Numbered from the stretch's first letter, positions 32,623 to 42,444 are shown. The stretch is 64,000 nucleotides of DNA from Candidatus Krumholzibacteriota bacterium (GCA_963764625.1 CAVXTH010000006.1:320001-384000), one strand, 5' to 3'. Numbers and translations: made by a program. The notes: generated by a model not told the origin, from the letters alone.

Positions 32623-34040
32623 AGCGAAGAGTACTCGTAATCGGTGCGGGTTCGGCTGGGCGGATGATCGCCGAAGAACTGAGCGAGAACGGCGAGGAAT
32701 ACAACCGAGAGGTTACCGCATTCCTCGACGATGACCCCTCACTCTTGGGCCAGACGATTTTAGGCAAGAAAGTCGTCGGGACCAGCGACGAAGTCGAGCG
32801 TTTCGTCCGCGAGCTCTCGATCGACGAAATCGTCATCGCCATCCCGTCCGGCCTGGGATCGGTCGTGCGTCGGCTGCTTTCCCTGGCTCAACGAGCTCGA
32901 GTCCCGGTGAGAATCGTGCCCGGAGTGCGCGACATCATCGAGGGAACGGTGAGCTTCGAACAGGTGCGCGAGATCGCGCCCGAAGATCTGCTCGGCCGGG
33001 AAACCGTTTCTCTCGTGAAAGGCCCGATCCGGGAGGTGGTCGAGGGACACGAGGTGCTCATCACCGGCGCGGGGGGCAGCATCGGGAGTGAAATCTGCCG
33101 CCAGATCGTCGCGTTTCATCCTGCACGGATCTGGCTGCTGGGAAGGGGAGAGAACAGCCTCTTCGAAATCGAGGAAGAACTGCGTGAAGGCTTGGGGTAT
33201 CGGGACAGCCGTGCGGTGCTGGCAGACGTCCGCGACATGGAGCGCCTCAAGTTCCTCTCGGGGGAGATGAAACCCGATGTCATCCTCCATGCCGCAGCGC
33301 ACAAGCACGTTCCCTTCATGGAGGTCTATCCCGAGGAAGCGGTGATGGTCAACGTGGTGGGGACGGCCAATCTTTTGCGCTTTTGCGAGCTGGTCGGGGC
33401 CTCTCGATTCGTGATGCTCTCCACCGACAAGGCGGTGCATCCGCGGAGCGTGATGGGATCGACCAAACGCATCGCCGAGTTTCTCGTGCAGTCCGCCGCC
33501 AGGCGAAACCACACCCGCTACATGGCCGTGCGCTTCGGGAACGTCTTGGGCAGCCGGGGGAGCGTGGTGCCGATCTTCCAACGGCAGCTCCGGCGGGGCG
33601 GGCCGTTGACCGTCACCGACAAGAGAGCGAGCCGCTATTTCATGACCATCCGGGAAGCCGCGATGCTGGTGGTGCAGGCCATGGCGGGGGGACAGGGTGG
33701 AGAGATCTTCATCCTGGACATGGGCGAGGCGATCAAGATTTATGAACTGGCCCGCAACGTCATCGCTCTGGCCGGTCTGACTGAAGACGATGGGATCGAA
33801 ATCGTGGAAACCGGTCTTCGCCCGGGCGAGAAACTCGAAGAAGTCTATCTCGCCACGACCGAGACGACGGAACCCGGCCCTCATCCCCAGATTCTCAGCG
33901 CGCAGCCCGAGCTTCCTCCCGGATTTCAGCCCGAGGCCGTGGTGGAGGAACTGCGCTCTCTGGCAGTCGCCGGGGACCGAGACGGGATTCGCCGCTGCCT
34001 GGCATCGTGGATCCCCGATCACGACAGCGGCCATGAGTAG
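32619..34040 (+). CDS. Nucleoside-diphosphate sugar 4,6-dehydratase (PglF/CapD family) lacking the N-terminal TM domain
   Basis: EDLLGRE, TGAGGSIGSE, HAAAHKHVP, STDKAV, RFGNVLGSRGSVVP, GLRPGEKL. Confidence 0.92.
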   Translation: MKRRVLVIGAGSAGRMIAEELSENGEEYNREVTAFLDDDPSLLGQTILGKKVVGTSDEVERFVRELSIDEIVIAIPSGLGSVVRRLLSLAQRARVPVRIVPGVRDIIEGTVSFEQVREIAPEDLLGRETVSLVKGPIREVVEGHEVLITGAGGSIGSEICRQIVAFHPARIWLLGRGENSLFEIEEELREGLGYRDSRAVLADVRDMERLKFLSGEMKPDVILHAAAHKHVPFMEVYPEEAVMVNVVGTANLLRFCELVGASRFVMLSTDKAVHPRSVMGSTKRIAEFLVQSAARRNHTRYMAVRFGNVLGSRGSVVPIFQRQLRRGGPLTVTDKRASRYFMTIREAAMLVVQAMAGGQGGEIFILDMGEAIKIYELARNVIALAGLTEDDGIEIVETGLRPGEKLEEVYLATTETTEPGPHPQILSAQPELPPGFQPEAVVEELRSLAVAGDRDGIRRCLASWIPDHDSGHE

Positions 34041-34051
34041 AAGACGTTGAG

Positions 34052-35014
34052 ATGGGCCAGCACGGATACAGAATTCGCAGCAGGGACAGCGTGGACTCGG
34101 CGGAGTGGGACGAGCTCCTCGCGAGTGATGACCACTCGATGCTCTTTCACCGGCCAGCCTGGCTGACCCGTTTTGCCCGCCACTATCAGCGCAAACAAGC
34201 GCGCTGGCTCGAGCTGCGGGGGCCGGATGGTCAGCTCTTGGCGGGAATCCCGTTCGTGGTCACGCGGCGTCTGGGACTTCGCGCCATCGCCAGCGGGGTG
34301 GCCGGCACCTACGGGGGCCCCGTCTGCCGCGAGGGCGCACTGGAGGCGGGCCGCCAGATCTTGCGGCACTATCTGCGCGTGGGCGGCAAACGCTGCATCC
34401 TGCGCGAGATGATGTGGGGCCTCGAAACGCCTCCCCTCGGCGCCGAGGACGAGTTCGTTCCCATCGAAACCGCCATCCTCGACCTGTCCGAAGGTGCCGA
34501 GGGGTTCTGGTCAAAGTCGCTTACGCACAATCGGCGCAATGAATGCAATCGCAGCGCCAAACGAGGGCTCGTGATCCGGGAGACCCGTGACATCGAGGTC
34601 ATGCGTGCATTCTATCCGCTCTACGAGCAGCGGTGCCGCGAGTGGGGCAGAGCTCCGCACCCGCTGAACTTCCTCACCGAAGTGCTGGAAGAGGAGGAAT
34701 CGTCGCTGCTCATCGCCGGCGAGTACGAGGGCCGCGTGGTGGGGCTGCACATCTGCTTCGTCCTGGGCACGGAGTTCTTCGCCTGGTTGGGAACCAGCGA
34801 ACGGCTGCGCGAAGTCTTCCCCGCGACCATGATGGTAAAGGCGGGAGTGGAGGCCGCGGTCGCCCGCGGTTGCAAGCGCGTGAACCTGGGTAGCAGCTTG
34901 GGACTGCGGGGTGTGTCGGATTTCAAGAAACTGGTGGGCGCCGAGAGTTCGCGCCGCTGGCTCCTTCATCAAGAGGCAGGTTGGCTGCGACGCTTGAGGA
35001 GCAAGGCTAGATGA
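34052..35014 (+). CDS. GNAT/FemAB-like acyltransferase of the type found in polysaccharide loci
   Basis: LFHRPAW, YGGP, RAFYPLY, FKKLVGA. Confidence 0.72.
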   Translation: MGQHGYRIRSRDSVDSAEWDELLASDDHSMLFHRPAWLTRFARHYQRKQARWLELRGPDGQLLAGIPFVVTRRLGLRAIASGVAGTYGGPVCREGALEAGRQILRHYLRVGGKRCILREMMWGLETPPLGAEDEFVPIETAILDLSEGAEGFWSKSLTHNRRNECNRSAKRGLVIRETRDIEVMRAFYPLYEQRCREWGRAPHPLNFLTEVLEEEESSLLIAGEYEGRVVGLHICFVLGTEFFAWLGTSERLREVFPATMMVKAGVEAAVARGCKRVNLGSSLGLRGVSDFKKLVGAESSRRWLLHQEAGWLRRLRSKAR

Positions 35015-36513
35015 ACATGGCGGCGAGCCGGGCCTCGTCTGCGAAGCGAGCGCTTGCGAGCGGAACCGCTCGCGTCGACCGGGTGGCGATGCTCCTGGGA
35101 CTTGGCGTGTACCTGGCGCAGGTTCCGCTCTATTGGAGCTACTTCACAGACGATTCCTACATCTATGCGCGCATGGCGCTCAATCTGGCTCAGCGGGGTC
35201 AGCTGGTCTTCAATCCGGGCGAGTGGGTCAACGCGGCGACCTCTCCGCTCTGGGCCCTTGTCGGAGCAGCCGGAGCCTGGGCGGGACTCGAGCCCTTGAT
35301 GGTCTACAAACTCCTGGGGTGGACCGCGGGCGCGCTCGCGGTCCTGCTTTTCACCCGCGCTGCCGGGCGGTGGCTGCCCTCACGCTCCTGGCGGATCCTG
35401 GCCTCACTGCTCTTCGCGGTGGAACCGTGGTTCGTGCGCTGGTCGGGCTCGGGTCTCGAGACCTCTCTGGGCGCCCTGGTCCTGGCGGCGGTGCTCGATC
35501 TCGCGGGTCGCCCGTCCCGCGAAATCCCGCGGGCGTGGCTGGGGCTGGTGCTGGGCCTGGGGGCCTTGGTGCGTCCGGAGCTGCTGCTCCTGGGGGCCCT
35601 TCTCGGCGCGCGCATCGTGTTCGAACCGGGGGGGAGAGGACGGATCCGTTTCGTGATCGCCTGGACTCTGCCCGTTCTCCTGTGGAGCGGCATCGCCTAC
35701 CATTTCTACGGGGCAGTAATTCCCGCCACCCTGCAGGCCAAGTCCACTCCCATCGGACTCCGCCCGCAGCGCTTTCTGCACAACCTGCGAACCCTGCTCG
35801 GTTTGATTCTGGTCGCGGTGCCTCTCTCGCTGGTGGGCGGACCCGTATTTCTCCGGCGCTTCCTGCGCCGTGAGAACCGCACCTGGCTGGAGCCGGTTCT
35901 GCTCCTCTGGCTACTTCTCTTGCCGGCGGCGTATCTGATCAAGGACGTCACTCTGGTCAGCCGTTACCTCGAGATCCTCTTGCCGGCTCTGCTCTATCTC
36001 TCGTTGAAGGGATTGGTTCCGCTACGCTGGCAAACGCTCGCCCGCGGGTTGGCCGGAATCGAAATCGTCGCAGCTCTCTGGCTCAGCGTTTTCTGGATCG
36101 CGCCCAGCATGCGCGCGTATTCCAGCAGTGCCCAAGTCACGCTGGGGCGAATCGGCGATTGGCTTCGCGAGAACACTCCCAAGGGCGATCGGGTCGCTAT
36201 CTACGACATTGGGCTCGTCGGCTACCGGAGCCAGCGAACCGTTCTCGACCTGGGTGGCCTGGTCCATCCCGGAATCAACCAGCTGCGGGACAAGGTGGAT
36301 GACGAGGTCATCCTCCGGCAGGGTCTCTTCCTGCGTTTCGGGACTCCGCAGTGGCTGGTGGACCGCCGGGATGCCCCCCGGTCTCTGGACGGCGAGGTCC
36401 TGGGCCACTGCCGGCTCGAGGCCATCCTCGACGGGGAAGTCTACAATCTGGGACTGACCCGTCCGGACCCCGTCTACTACACCCTCTATCGCCTCGTTCC
36501 CATCCGAGGCTGA
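35011..36513 (+). CDS. GT-C fold membrane glycosyltransferase (arabinofuranosyltransferase-like)
   Basis: TDDSYIYARMALNLA...VFNPGE...ATSPLW, SGLET, VRPE, DIGLVGY, DLGGLV; many TM helices. Confidence 0.78.
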   Translation: MNMAASRASSAKRALASGTARVDRVAMLLGLGVYLAQVPLYWSYFTDDSYIYARMALNLAQRGQLVFNPGEWVNAATSPLWALVGAAGAWAGLEPLMVYKLLGWTAGALAVLLFTRAAGRWLPSRSWRILASLLFAVEPWFVRWSGSGLETSLGALVLAAVLDLAGRPSREIPRAWLGLVLGLGALVRPELLLLGALLGARIVFEPGGRGRIRFVIAWTLPVLLWSGIAYHFYGAVIPATLQAKSTPIGLRPQRFLHNLRTLLGLILVAVPLSLVGGPVFLRRFLRRENRTWLEPVLLLWLLLLPAAYLIKDVTLVSRYLEILLPALLYLSLKGLVPLRWQTLARGLAGIEIVAALWLSVFWIAPSMRAYSSSAQVTLGRIGDWLRENTPKGDRVAIYDIGLVGYRSQRTVLDLGGLVHPGINQLRDKVDDEVILRQGLFLRFGTPQWLVDRRDAPRSLDGEVLGHCRLEAILDGEVYNLGLTRPDPVYYTLYRLVPIRG

Positions 36514-36565
36514 GGGCCCCTCCGGAACTTCTCCCCGTCTTTTTTGCTTCGCGAGAGAATTCGGT

Positions 36566-36594
36566 TTGACACCGAATCGAGCCGGGTTCAATAT
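36566..36594 (+). promoter_or_regulatory. Sigma70-type dcw promoter
   Basis: TTGACA (36566-36571), 17 nt spacer, CAATAT (36589-36594). Confidence 0.6.
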
Positions 36595-36603
36595 GGCTCT
36601 CGG

Positions 36604-36631
36604 TAGGGGGATAAATAGGGATGGATAGGGA
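36604..36631 (+). promoter_or_regulatory. Probable MraZ-binding direct repeats (10-bp period)
   Basis: GGGGGA/TAGGGA/TAGGGA at 36606, 36616 and 36626, between the promoter and mraZ. Confidence 0.65.
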
Positions 36632-36685
36632 AAAATTCGCTAATCCATAGATAACAAAGCAAATATGAGATAAGTAAACGCCGAT

Positions 36686-37165
36686 ATGGACCCTCAGACG
36701 CCGCAAGCTGTTCCCAGTGCCCGCTTCCACGGCCGCTTCCGTCAGAAGATCGACGAGAAGGGACGGGTCAGCTTGCCGGCGCTCTTCCGCCGGGCCATCC
36801 CCCGCGAGGGAAGCGAGGACAACGGGACCCTGATCCTCATCAAGGGGCCCGAGGGCTATCTCCAGGCGTTCTCGGTGCAGGAGTGGGAGGAACGCATCGA
36901 GCGCCTCAATGCCGCGTCGACCGCCAAGGGGGCAGAGGCCCGCTGGCGCAGGCGCGCGCTCTTCGGCTCGGTGGTGCCGTTGAGTCTAGACGACAAGGGC
37001 CGGTGCACGATCCCGCGCCAGCTGCTCGAGGAAGTCGGGATAGGGCATGAGTGTCTGATCCTGGGTGTGGACCGTGCGATCGAGATCTGGGATCCCGCGC
37101 GCTTCTTCGAACTGGAAGCGGCGCAGCACCTGGATCTCAGCGACGTGGAAGACATCCTCTTCTAG
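36686..37165 (+). CDS. mraZ: Division/cell wall cluster transcriptional repressor MraZ
   Basis: IDEKGRVSLP and LDDKGRCTIP DxxGR repeats, IEIW; first gene of the dcw cluster. Confidence 0.93.
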   Translation: MDPQTPQAVPSARFHGRFRQKIDEKGRVSLPALFRRAIPREGSEDNGTLILIKGPEGYLQAFSVQEWEERIERLNAASTAKGAEARWRRRALFGSVVPLSLDDKGRCTIPRQLLEEVGIGHECLILGVDRAIEIWDPARFFELEAAQHLDLSDVEDILF

Positions 37166-37170
37166 TGGAG

Positions 37171-37662
37171 ATGAACGAAGCGATGAAGCCAGTCGGAACC
37201 AAGGCACGAGCGCCCCGAACCAAGAAGCATGCCCCCACGCGCGGCTCGTGGGGTGGCTTCGTCATTTTGCCCCGCGCCGACGGCGTGTTGCACGTGCGGC
37301 TCACGGGACTCTTGAGCCCCGAGAGAATCCAGGAGCTGAGGGCGAGCCTGCGCGCGTACCGGCGCGAGGCGAGCCTTACGAGCTTCGTGCTCCTGGACGC
37401 GACACACGTGATTCAATTCTCCGCGGAAATCGCCCAGCAGTTGCTGCAGGAAGAGTATCGCTGGAGGAGCGAAGGGATCGTGACCCTCTGGCTTGGTCTC
37501 TCGCTCTACATGGCCAACTTGCTCGTGCTGGTAGGATCGGATCATCACATTTCCCTGCTTTCGGATCTCGAGACGGCACTGGTCGCGGTCGACTCAGTCG
37601 CGAATCTGCCTTCCACGGCGGCGCGCGCGAGACTCCAGGCGTGGGACATCATGCGGCACTGA
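37171..37662 (+). CDS. STAS (anti-sigma-antagonist-like) domain protein
   Basis: VLHVRLTGLL...LRASL...VLLDATHV...LWLGLSLYMANLLVLVG...SDLETAL follows the SpoIIAA/STAS pattern. Confidence 0.6.
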   Translation: MNEAMKPVGTKARAPRTKKHAPTRGSWGGFVILPRADGVLHVRLTGLLSPERIQELRASLRAYRREASLTSFVLLDATHVIQFSAEIAQQLLQEEYRWRSEGIVTLWLGLSLYMANLLVLVGSDHHISLLSDLETALVAVDSVANLPSTAARARLQAWDIMRH

Positions 37663-37667
37663 GCTCC

Positions 37668-38585
37668 ATGAACACCCACCATCAGCCGGTGATGCTCACG
37701 GAGGCACTCGAACTCCTTCTCCCCACACCCGGCAAGGTGGTGGTGGATATGACTCTGGGCGGTGGCGGTTACAGCGCTGCGTGTCTGGAGGCGGGGGCCC
37801 GCGTGATCGGGCTCGACCGGGACTTGAAAGCGATCGCAGGCGCGTCGGCGCGCTTCTCCTCCCACGGCGATCGGTTCATCGTTCGACACACTGCATTTTC
37901 GAATTTCGGTGCAGTGTTGGATGAGTTGGGACTCGCACACGTGGACGGCATCTGCATGGATCTGGGACTCAGCAGCGATCAGCTCGAGGATTCCAGCCGG
38001 GGCTTCAGCCATCAGGCCCAGGGGTCCTTCGATCTGCGCTTTGATCCTTCGCGTGGACTCTCCGCGGCGGAGCATCTGCGCCGTGCGTCGATGCCGCAGA
38101 TCCAATCGTGGCTCAGCGAGTTCGGCGAAGTCCGCGTGGCGGGTCGCGTCGCGCGCGTTCTCTTCGAGCTCGCTCGCGAGGAGGGCTCCCTCACCGCCTC
38201 GCGGGTCAGAGAGCGGATCCTGACCGTGCTTCCGCGCGGCAAGAACCCCGAAGGGGAGCTCGCGCGCGTCTTTCAGGCCTTCCGCATCCTGGTGAACGAC
38301 GAACTGACAGAGCTCGAGACTGCGCTCGAGGACATTCCCTCGCGTTTGCGTTCTGGCGGTCGCTTTGTGGTGGTGAGCTACCACAGCCTCGAAGATCGGC
38401 AAGTGAAGACGATGCTGCGCCGGGAATCCAGAGGGACGGCGGGCTCCCGGCACCTGCCTTCGGTCCAGAAGGAAACGCCCCGGCTTCGAGTGCTTACACC
38501 TCGGCCCATGCGGCCGACCGCGAGCGAGGTCCAGAGGAACCCTCGGGCCCGTTCTGCGCGCTTGCGCGCAGGGGAGCGTCTGTGA
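37668..38585 (+). CDS. rsmH: 16S rRNA m4C1402 methyltransferase
   Basis: HQPVM, DMTLGGGG, DLGLSS, RGFS, FQAFRILVNDEL, SYHSLEDR, NPRARSARLR. Confidence 0.96.
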   Translation: MNTHHQPVMLTEALELLLPTPGKVVVDMTLGGGGYSAACLEAGARVIGLDRDLKAIAGASARFSSHGDRFIVRHTAFSNFGAVLDELGLAHVDGICMDLGLSSDQLEDSSRGFSHQAQGSFDLRFDPSRGLSAAEHLRRASMPQIQSWLSEFGEVRVAGRVARVLFELAREEGSLTASRVRERILTVLPRGKNPEGELARVFQAFRILVNDELTELETALEDIPSRLRSGGRFVVVSYHSLEDRQVKTMLRRESRGTAGSRHLPSVQKETPRLRVLTPRPMRPTASEVQRNPRARSARLRAGERL

Positions 38586-38998
38586 TGGGCGCCCGGCGAC
38601 GCACGCGTCCGCGCCGGCAGCGTTCGTTGGTGGCCTTGCGTTCCACTCTCATTCTGGTGGCGCTCCTCTCGGCCCTGTTCATGGCCTGCTGGGGAGCGAA
38701 TCGCGTCGAGTGTCTGGAGAGACAAAGGACCACGCTGCAGAGGGAGATCGAGTTCCAGGGTGACGAGTATCGCCGTCTGCTCTCGGCGTGGTTGCGGGCG
38801 ACGGATCGGGAAAGGATCGTCGGGCGGGCGAACCGGGAGCTGACTCTCCAGGAGCCTTCTTCCGATGACCGAACCATTTTGGTCCTTCCATCCACCGGCG
38901 AGGACGGCGCTCCCGCACACCCGCTGCTGGATCATCTGGCTCGCAGTCTCGACCGCTACGGTCAGATCGAGAGCGCGCAGGCGAAGGAGGGTCAATGA
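38582..38998 (+). CDS. ftsL: Cell division protein FtsL-like
   Basis: Basic N-terminus, single TM, coiled coil, RIVGRANRELTL; lies between rsmH and ftsI. Confidence 0.7.
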   Translation: MMGARRRTRPRRQRSLVALRSTLILVALLSALFMACWGANRVECLERQRTTLQREIEFQGDEYRRLLSAWLRATDRERIVGRANRELTLQEPSSDDRTILVLPSTGEDGAPAHPLLDHLARSLDRYGQIESAQAKEGQ

Positions 38999-40942
38999 AC
39001 CCTCGCTATTCTCGCGCCCGCTTTCTCACCTTCGCTTGCTTTCATTGCGTCGGCTCTCCTGTGCATCTTCGTGCGTCTGGCATGGGTGCAAATCATCGAT
39101 CACGGCCGGGCCCACCGCCAACTCACCGAGATGAGTCAAAACGTCGCGGAACTGCTTCCGCGACGAGGCAACATTCTCGACCGTCTCGGGTATCCCCTCG
39201 CCGTCACCGAAGCCTGCTACGAAGTAGGCGTGAGCCGTCCGGAGTACTGGAGCAGTCCTGAGAACTCCGAGCGTCTCGCCAAACTCCTGGGGATGTCGGC
39301 TCGCGAGATTCAGAAGAAGCTTCGCGGGCGTCATGGTCACACCTATTTGAATCGGAACGTCGTGCTCGCGCCCGAGCGGGTCGATGAGTTGCGTTGCCAG
39401 CCAGGCCTCTCGGTCGATGAAAGGCTAAAGCGTAGCTATCCGATGGATGGAGTCGCGGCGCGGCTTCTCGGTCGCGTCAATCGCTCCGGGCGTGGTGATG
39501 CCGGCATCGAGAGACTCTGCGATGAGATCTTGGCGGGACGCTCGGGCCGCGTCCTCTATCGCTACGACGCGGCCGCCGGCACGGCGCCGATCATGCGCCA
39601 AGTCCTCGTGCAACCTCTTCCCGGTCGCGACGTCACTCTCACTCTCGATCATCGGGTTCAGATGATTCTGGAGGAAGAGCTCGAAGTGACTCGACAGGAC
39701 GCCGGCGCGAGCTCGGTCATGGGAATCGTCATGGACCCGCGCGACGGGTCGGTCCTGGCCGCCGCTACTGCCCCCGGTATCGTCAGCCGGGAGAACAAGC
39801 CCTATCTCTCCAGCGAATGGCGCGACCCCCTGGTACTTGATGCCTTCGAACCGGGGTCATCGTTCAAACTCTTCACGGCCGCGTCTCTCTTGCGACACGC
39901 TCTATGCGACACCTCGGAGGTGTTCGATGGAGAGGGGCATCCGGGGGAATACCGTAGTAGCGCCGATCTCGGCGGCTTCACCTTCCACGACGTACACCCG
40001 GTCGGACTCGTCAGTCTCCGGGTAGCGTTCGTCGTCAGTTCGAACATCATCTTTGGAAAGGCCGCATCGCTTCTGCACCAAGACGAATTCGAAGCGGACC
40101 TGCGCCGTTTCGGTCTCGGGATGCCCACTGGGTGCGGACTGCCCGGGGAGAGCCCCGGCATTCTGAAAGATGTCGAGGATTGGTCCGGACGGACGCAGGC
40201 CACCATGGCCATCGGACAGGAGATCTCGGTCACTCTGCTTCAGATGGCAGCCGGGTACAGCGCTCTTCTCACCGACGGCACTCTCCGGGTCCCGCGCTTC
40301 GTCGCGAGCTGGCGTGACGAAGAGGGGCGAGAGCATCCGCTTCCCCCGCGGGTGGTCCGTGAGGACGTCGTCCCGCCGAAGGTCCCCAAGATTCTGCGCG
40401 ATCTCTGCCGCCAAGTGGTCGAGATGGACTATGGGAGTGGACGGGGCGCCAGGGTGGCGGGTCTGAGCGTGGGAGGCAAGACCGGTACGGCCCAGATCGC
40501 TCGTTCCGATGGCCGGGGCTACGAGCCCAACGCGTACATGGCGGATTTCATCGGAGTAGTTCCCGCCGAGGCCCCCCAGCTCTTGGTGGTGATCGTGGTG
40601 CAGCGTCCCAGCGTGGAACGGCGCTGGGGTGGAGACACCGCGGCGGCGTGCTTCTCACGCGTGGTGAGCAAAGTGCTCTCGGCCACGCGCCTGTTGGACT
40701 ACCGCCGTTCCGTCGTCGCCTCCGTGGACGAACAGGCCCCGGAATCTTCGGCCGCCATGCCTGAGCTCATCGGACTGTCCAAGCAGCGCGTCCGGGAATT
40801 CCTGGACCGCGCCGGATGCCGGCTTCTGAACGACGCTCCTTCTCCCGACTCGAGAGTGGTGGGGCAGATGCCTCAGCCTGGTTCGCCGGTTCTGCCTGGT
40901 GGCGTGGTGCGAGTGGCCTGGTCCCAAGGGAGCGGACAATGA
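38995..40942 (+). CDS. ftsI: Class B PBP FtsI with C-terminal PASTA domain; frame break ~39040
   Basis: RGNILDR, SxxK (PGSSFK), SSN, GKTGTAQ, MPELIG PASTA. Confidence 0.92.
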
Positions 40943-42444
40943 TCGCACGGACCAACCTGGGCGCTCTCAGCGCACGGCTCGGCCTGCATTCACTCGCGGG
41001 CCCCAGCGAAGTTTCGGTGAAAGGGATCTGCAGCGATTCGAGAAGAGTGACGCCGGGTTCTTGCTTCGTGGCCGTCGAGGGGTACGCGGTGGATGGTCAC
41101 GAGTACGTGGCGGACGCGGTCGCGCGCGGCGCGTGCGCGATCATCTTGCAGGAAGGGCACGAGTCACTCGTCTCCCCCGACACCCAGGTGGCCTTCTATT
41201 CGGCCGACGACACGCGTCTGACCTTGGGAGTTCTCTCGCGGGAATCCCACCGGAAGCCCGATTTGAAACTCGAGCTGGTGGCGGTGACCGGAACCAATGG
41301 CAAGACCACCGTGAGTCATCTCGTCCGCGACATCCTGGTCGAGTCCGGAAGGTCCTGCGGTCTTCTGGGAACCATCGAGTACGACACGGGAAGACAGGTG
41401 CGGTCGGCTTCCCTCACCACTCCGGACGCGACCGAGTTCTATGGTCTCCTCGACGAGATGTGCGAGGCCGGGCTCGACAGCTGCGTGTTCGAGGCCAGCT
41501 CTCATGCCTTGGACCAGGAGAGAATCGGTACCGCGGAAGTCGACGTTGCCGCCTTCACCAATCTGAGTCGCGAACACCTCGACTATCATCCGGACCTGCA
41601 GAGTTACCTGGCCGCAAAACGTCGGCTCCTCGAACGTCTCGAGGGTCCCGCGCGGCTGAAAGCGCGCGGCCGGGCCGTGGTCTTCGTCGATGACGAGATT
41701 CTGGCCGCCGCTCCCTGGCCCGATCGGACCCTGCGCGTCGGCCGGCGGGAGGGTAGCGATCTGAGGTTGCTCGATTCCGTGATCCGTCGCGACGGAAGCT
41801 CCTTGCGAGTCGAGTTCGAACACGAGGAAATCGAATTCCAATCCCGTCTCTTGGGCGGCTTCAACGTGGACAATGCACTGGTCGCGCTCGGATGCGGATT
41901 CGCGCTTGGTCTCTCTGCCGAGGAACTGCAGTCGGGCCTGGCCTCGGCGAAGCCGGTGCGAGGTCGTCTGGAAGCAGTCGAGCTATCTGGCGGCCCACTG
42001 GTCGTGGTCGACTATGCGCACACTCCCGATGGTCTAAGGGAAGCTCTGGCCGCGTGCCGTCAGATCAGTCCTGGCCGCATTCACGTCGTCTTCGGATGCG
42101 GTGGCGATCGCGATCGAGGCAAGCGCCCTCTGATGGCCGCGACCGTCATGGACGGCGCCGACGAGATCTACCTCACCCTCGACAACCCACGCACCGAAGA
42201 TCGCCAGAGGATCTTTCAGGACGTCGAGGCGGGGATGCAACGCGCGTACGAGGAGGGTTGGGCCCGCACCATCGAGGACCGGGGCGAGGCGATCGCAGCC
42301 GCGATCGACGCCGCGGACTCCGGCGAGCTGGTGCTTCTGGCGGGAAAGGGCCACGAGAATTACCAGATCATCGGCAAGGAGAAGCTCCCCTGGGACGACG
42401 CGGACGCGGCGCGGACTGCCTGGAGCCGGGGGAGAAGAGCATGA
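40939..42444 (+). CDS. murE: UDP-MurNAc-dipeptide:meso-DAP ligase
   Basis: GTNGKTT, LTTP, EASSHAL, DYAHTPD, DNPR (DAP specificity), AGKGHE. Confidence 0.96.
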   Translation: MIARTNLGALSARLGLHSLAGPSEVSVKGICSDSRRVTPGSCFVAVEGYAVDGHEYVADAVARGACAIILQEGHESLVSPDTQVAFYSADDTRLTLGVLSRESHRKPDLKLELVAVTGTNGKTTVSHLVRDILVESGRSCGLLGTIEYDTGRQVRSASLTTPDATEFYGLLDEMCEAGLDSCVFEASSHALDQERIGTAEVDVAAFTNLSREHLDYHPDLQSYLAAKRRLLERLEGPARLKARGRAVVFVDDEILAAAPWPDRTLRVGRREGSDLRLLDSVIRRDGSSLRVEFEHEEIEFQSRLLGGFNVDNALVALGCGFALGLSAEELQSGLASAKPVRGRLEAVELSGGPLVVVDYAHTPDGLREALAACRQISPGRIHVVFGCGGDRDRGKRPLMAATVMDGADEIYLTLDNPRTEDRQRIFQDVEAGMQRAYEEGWARTIEDRGEAIAAAIDAADSGELVLLAGKGHENYQIIGKEKLPWDDADAARTAWSRGRRA

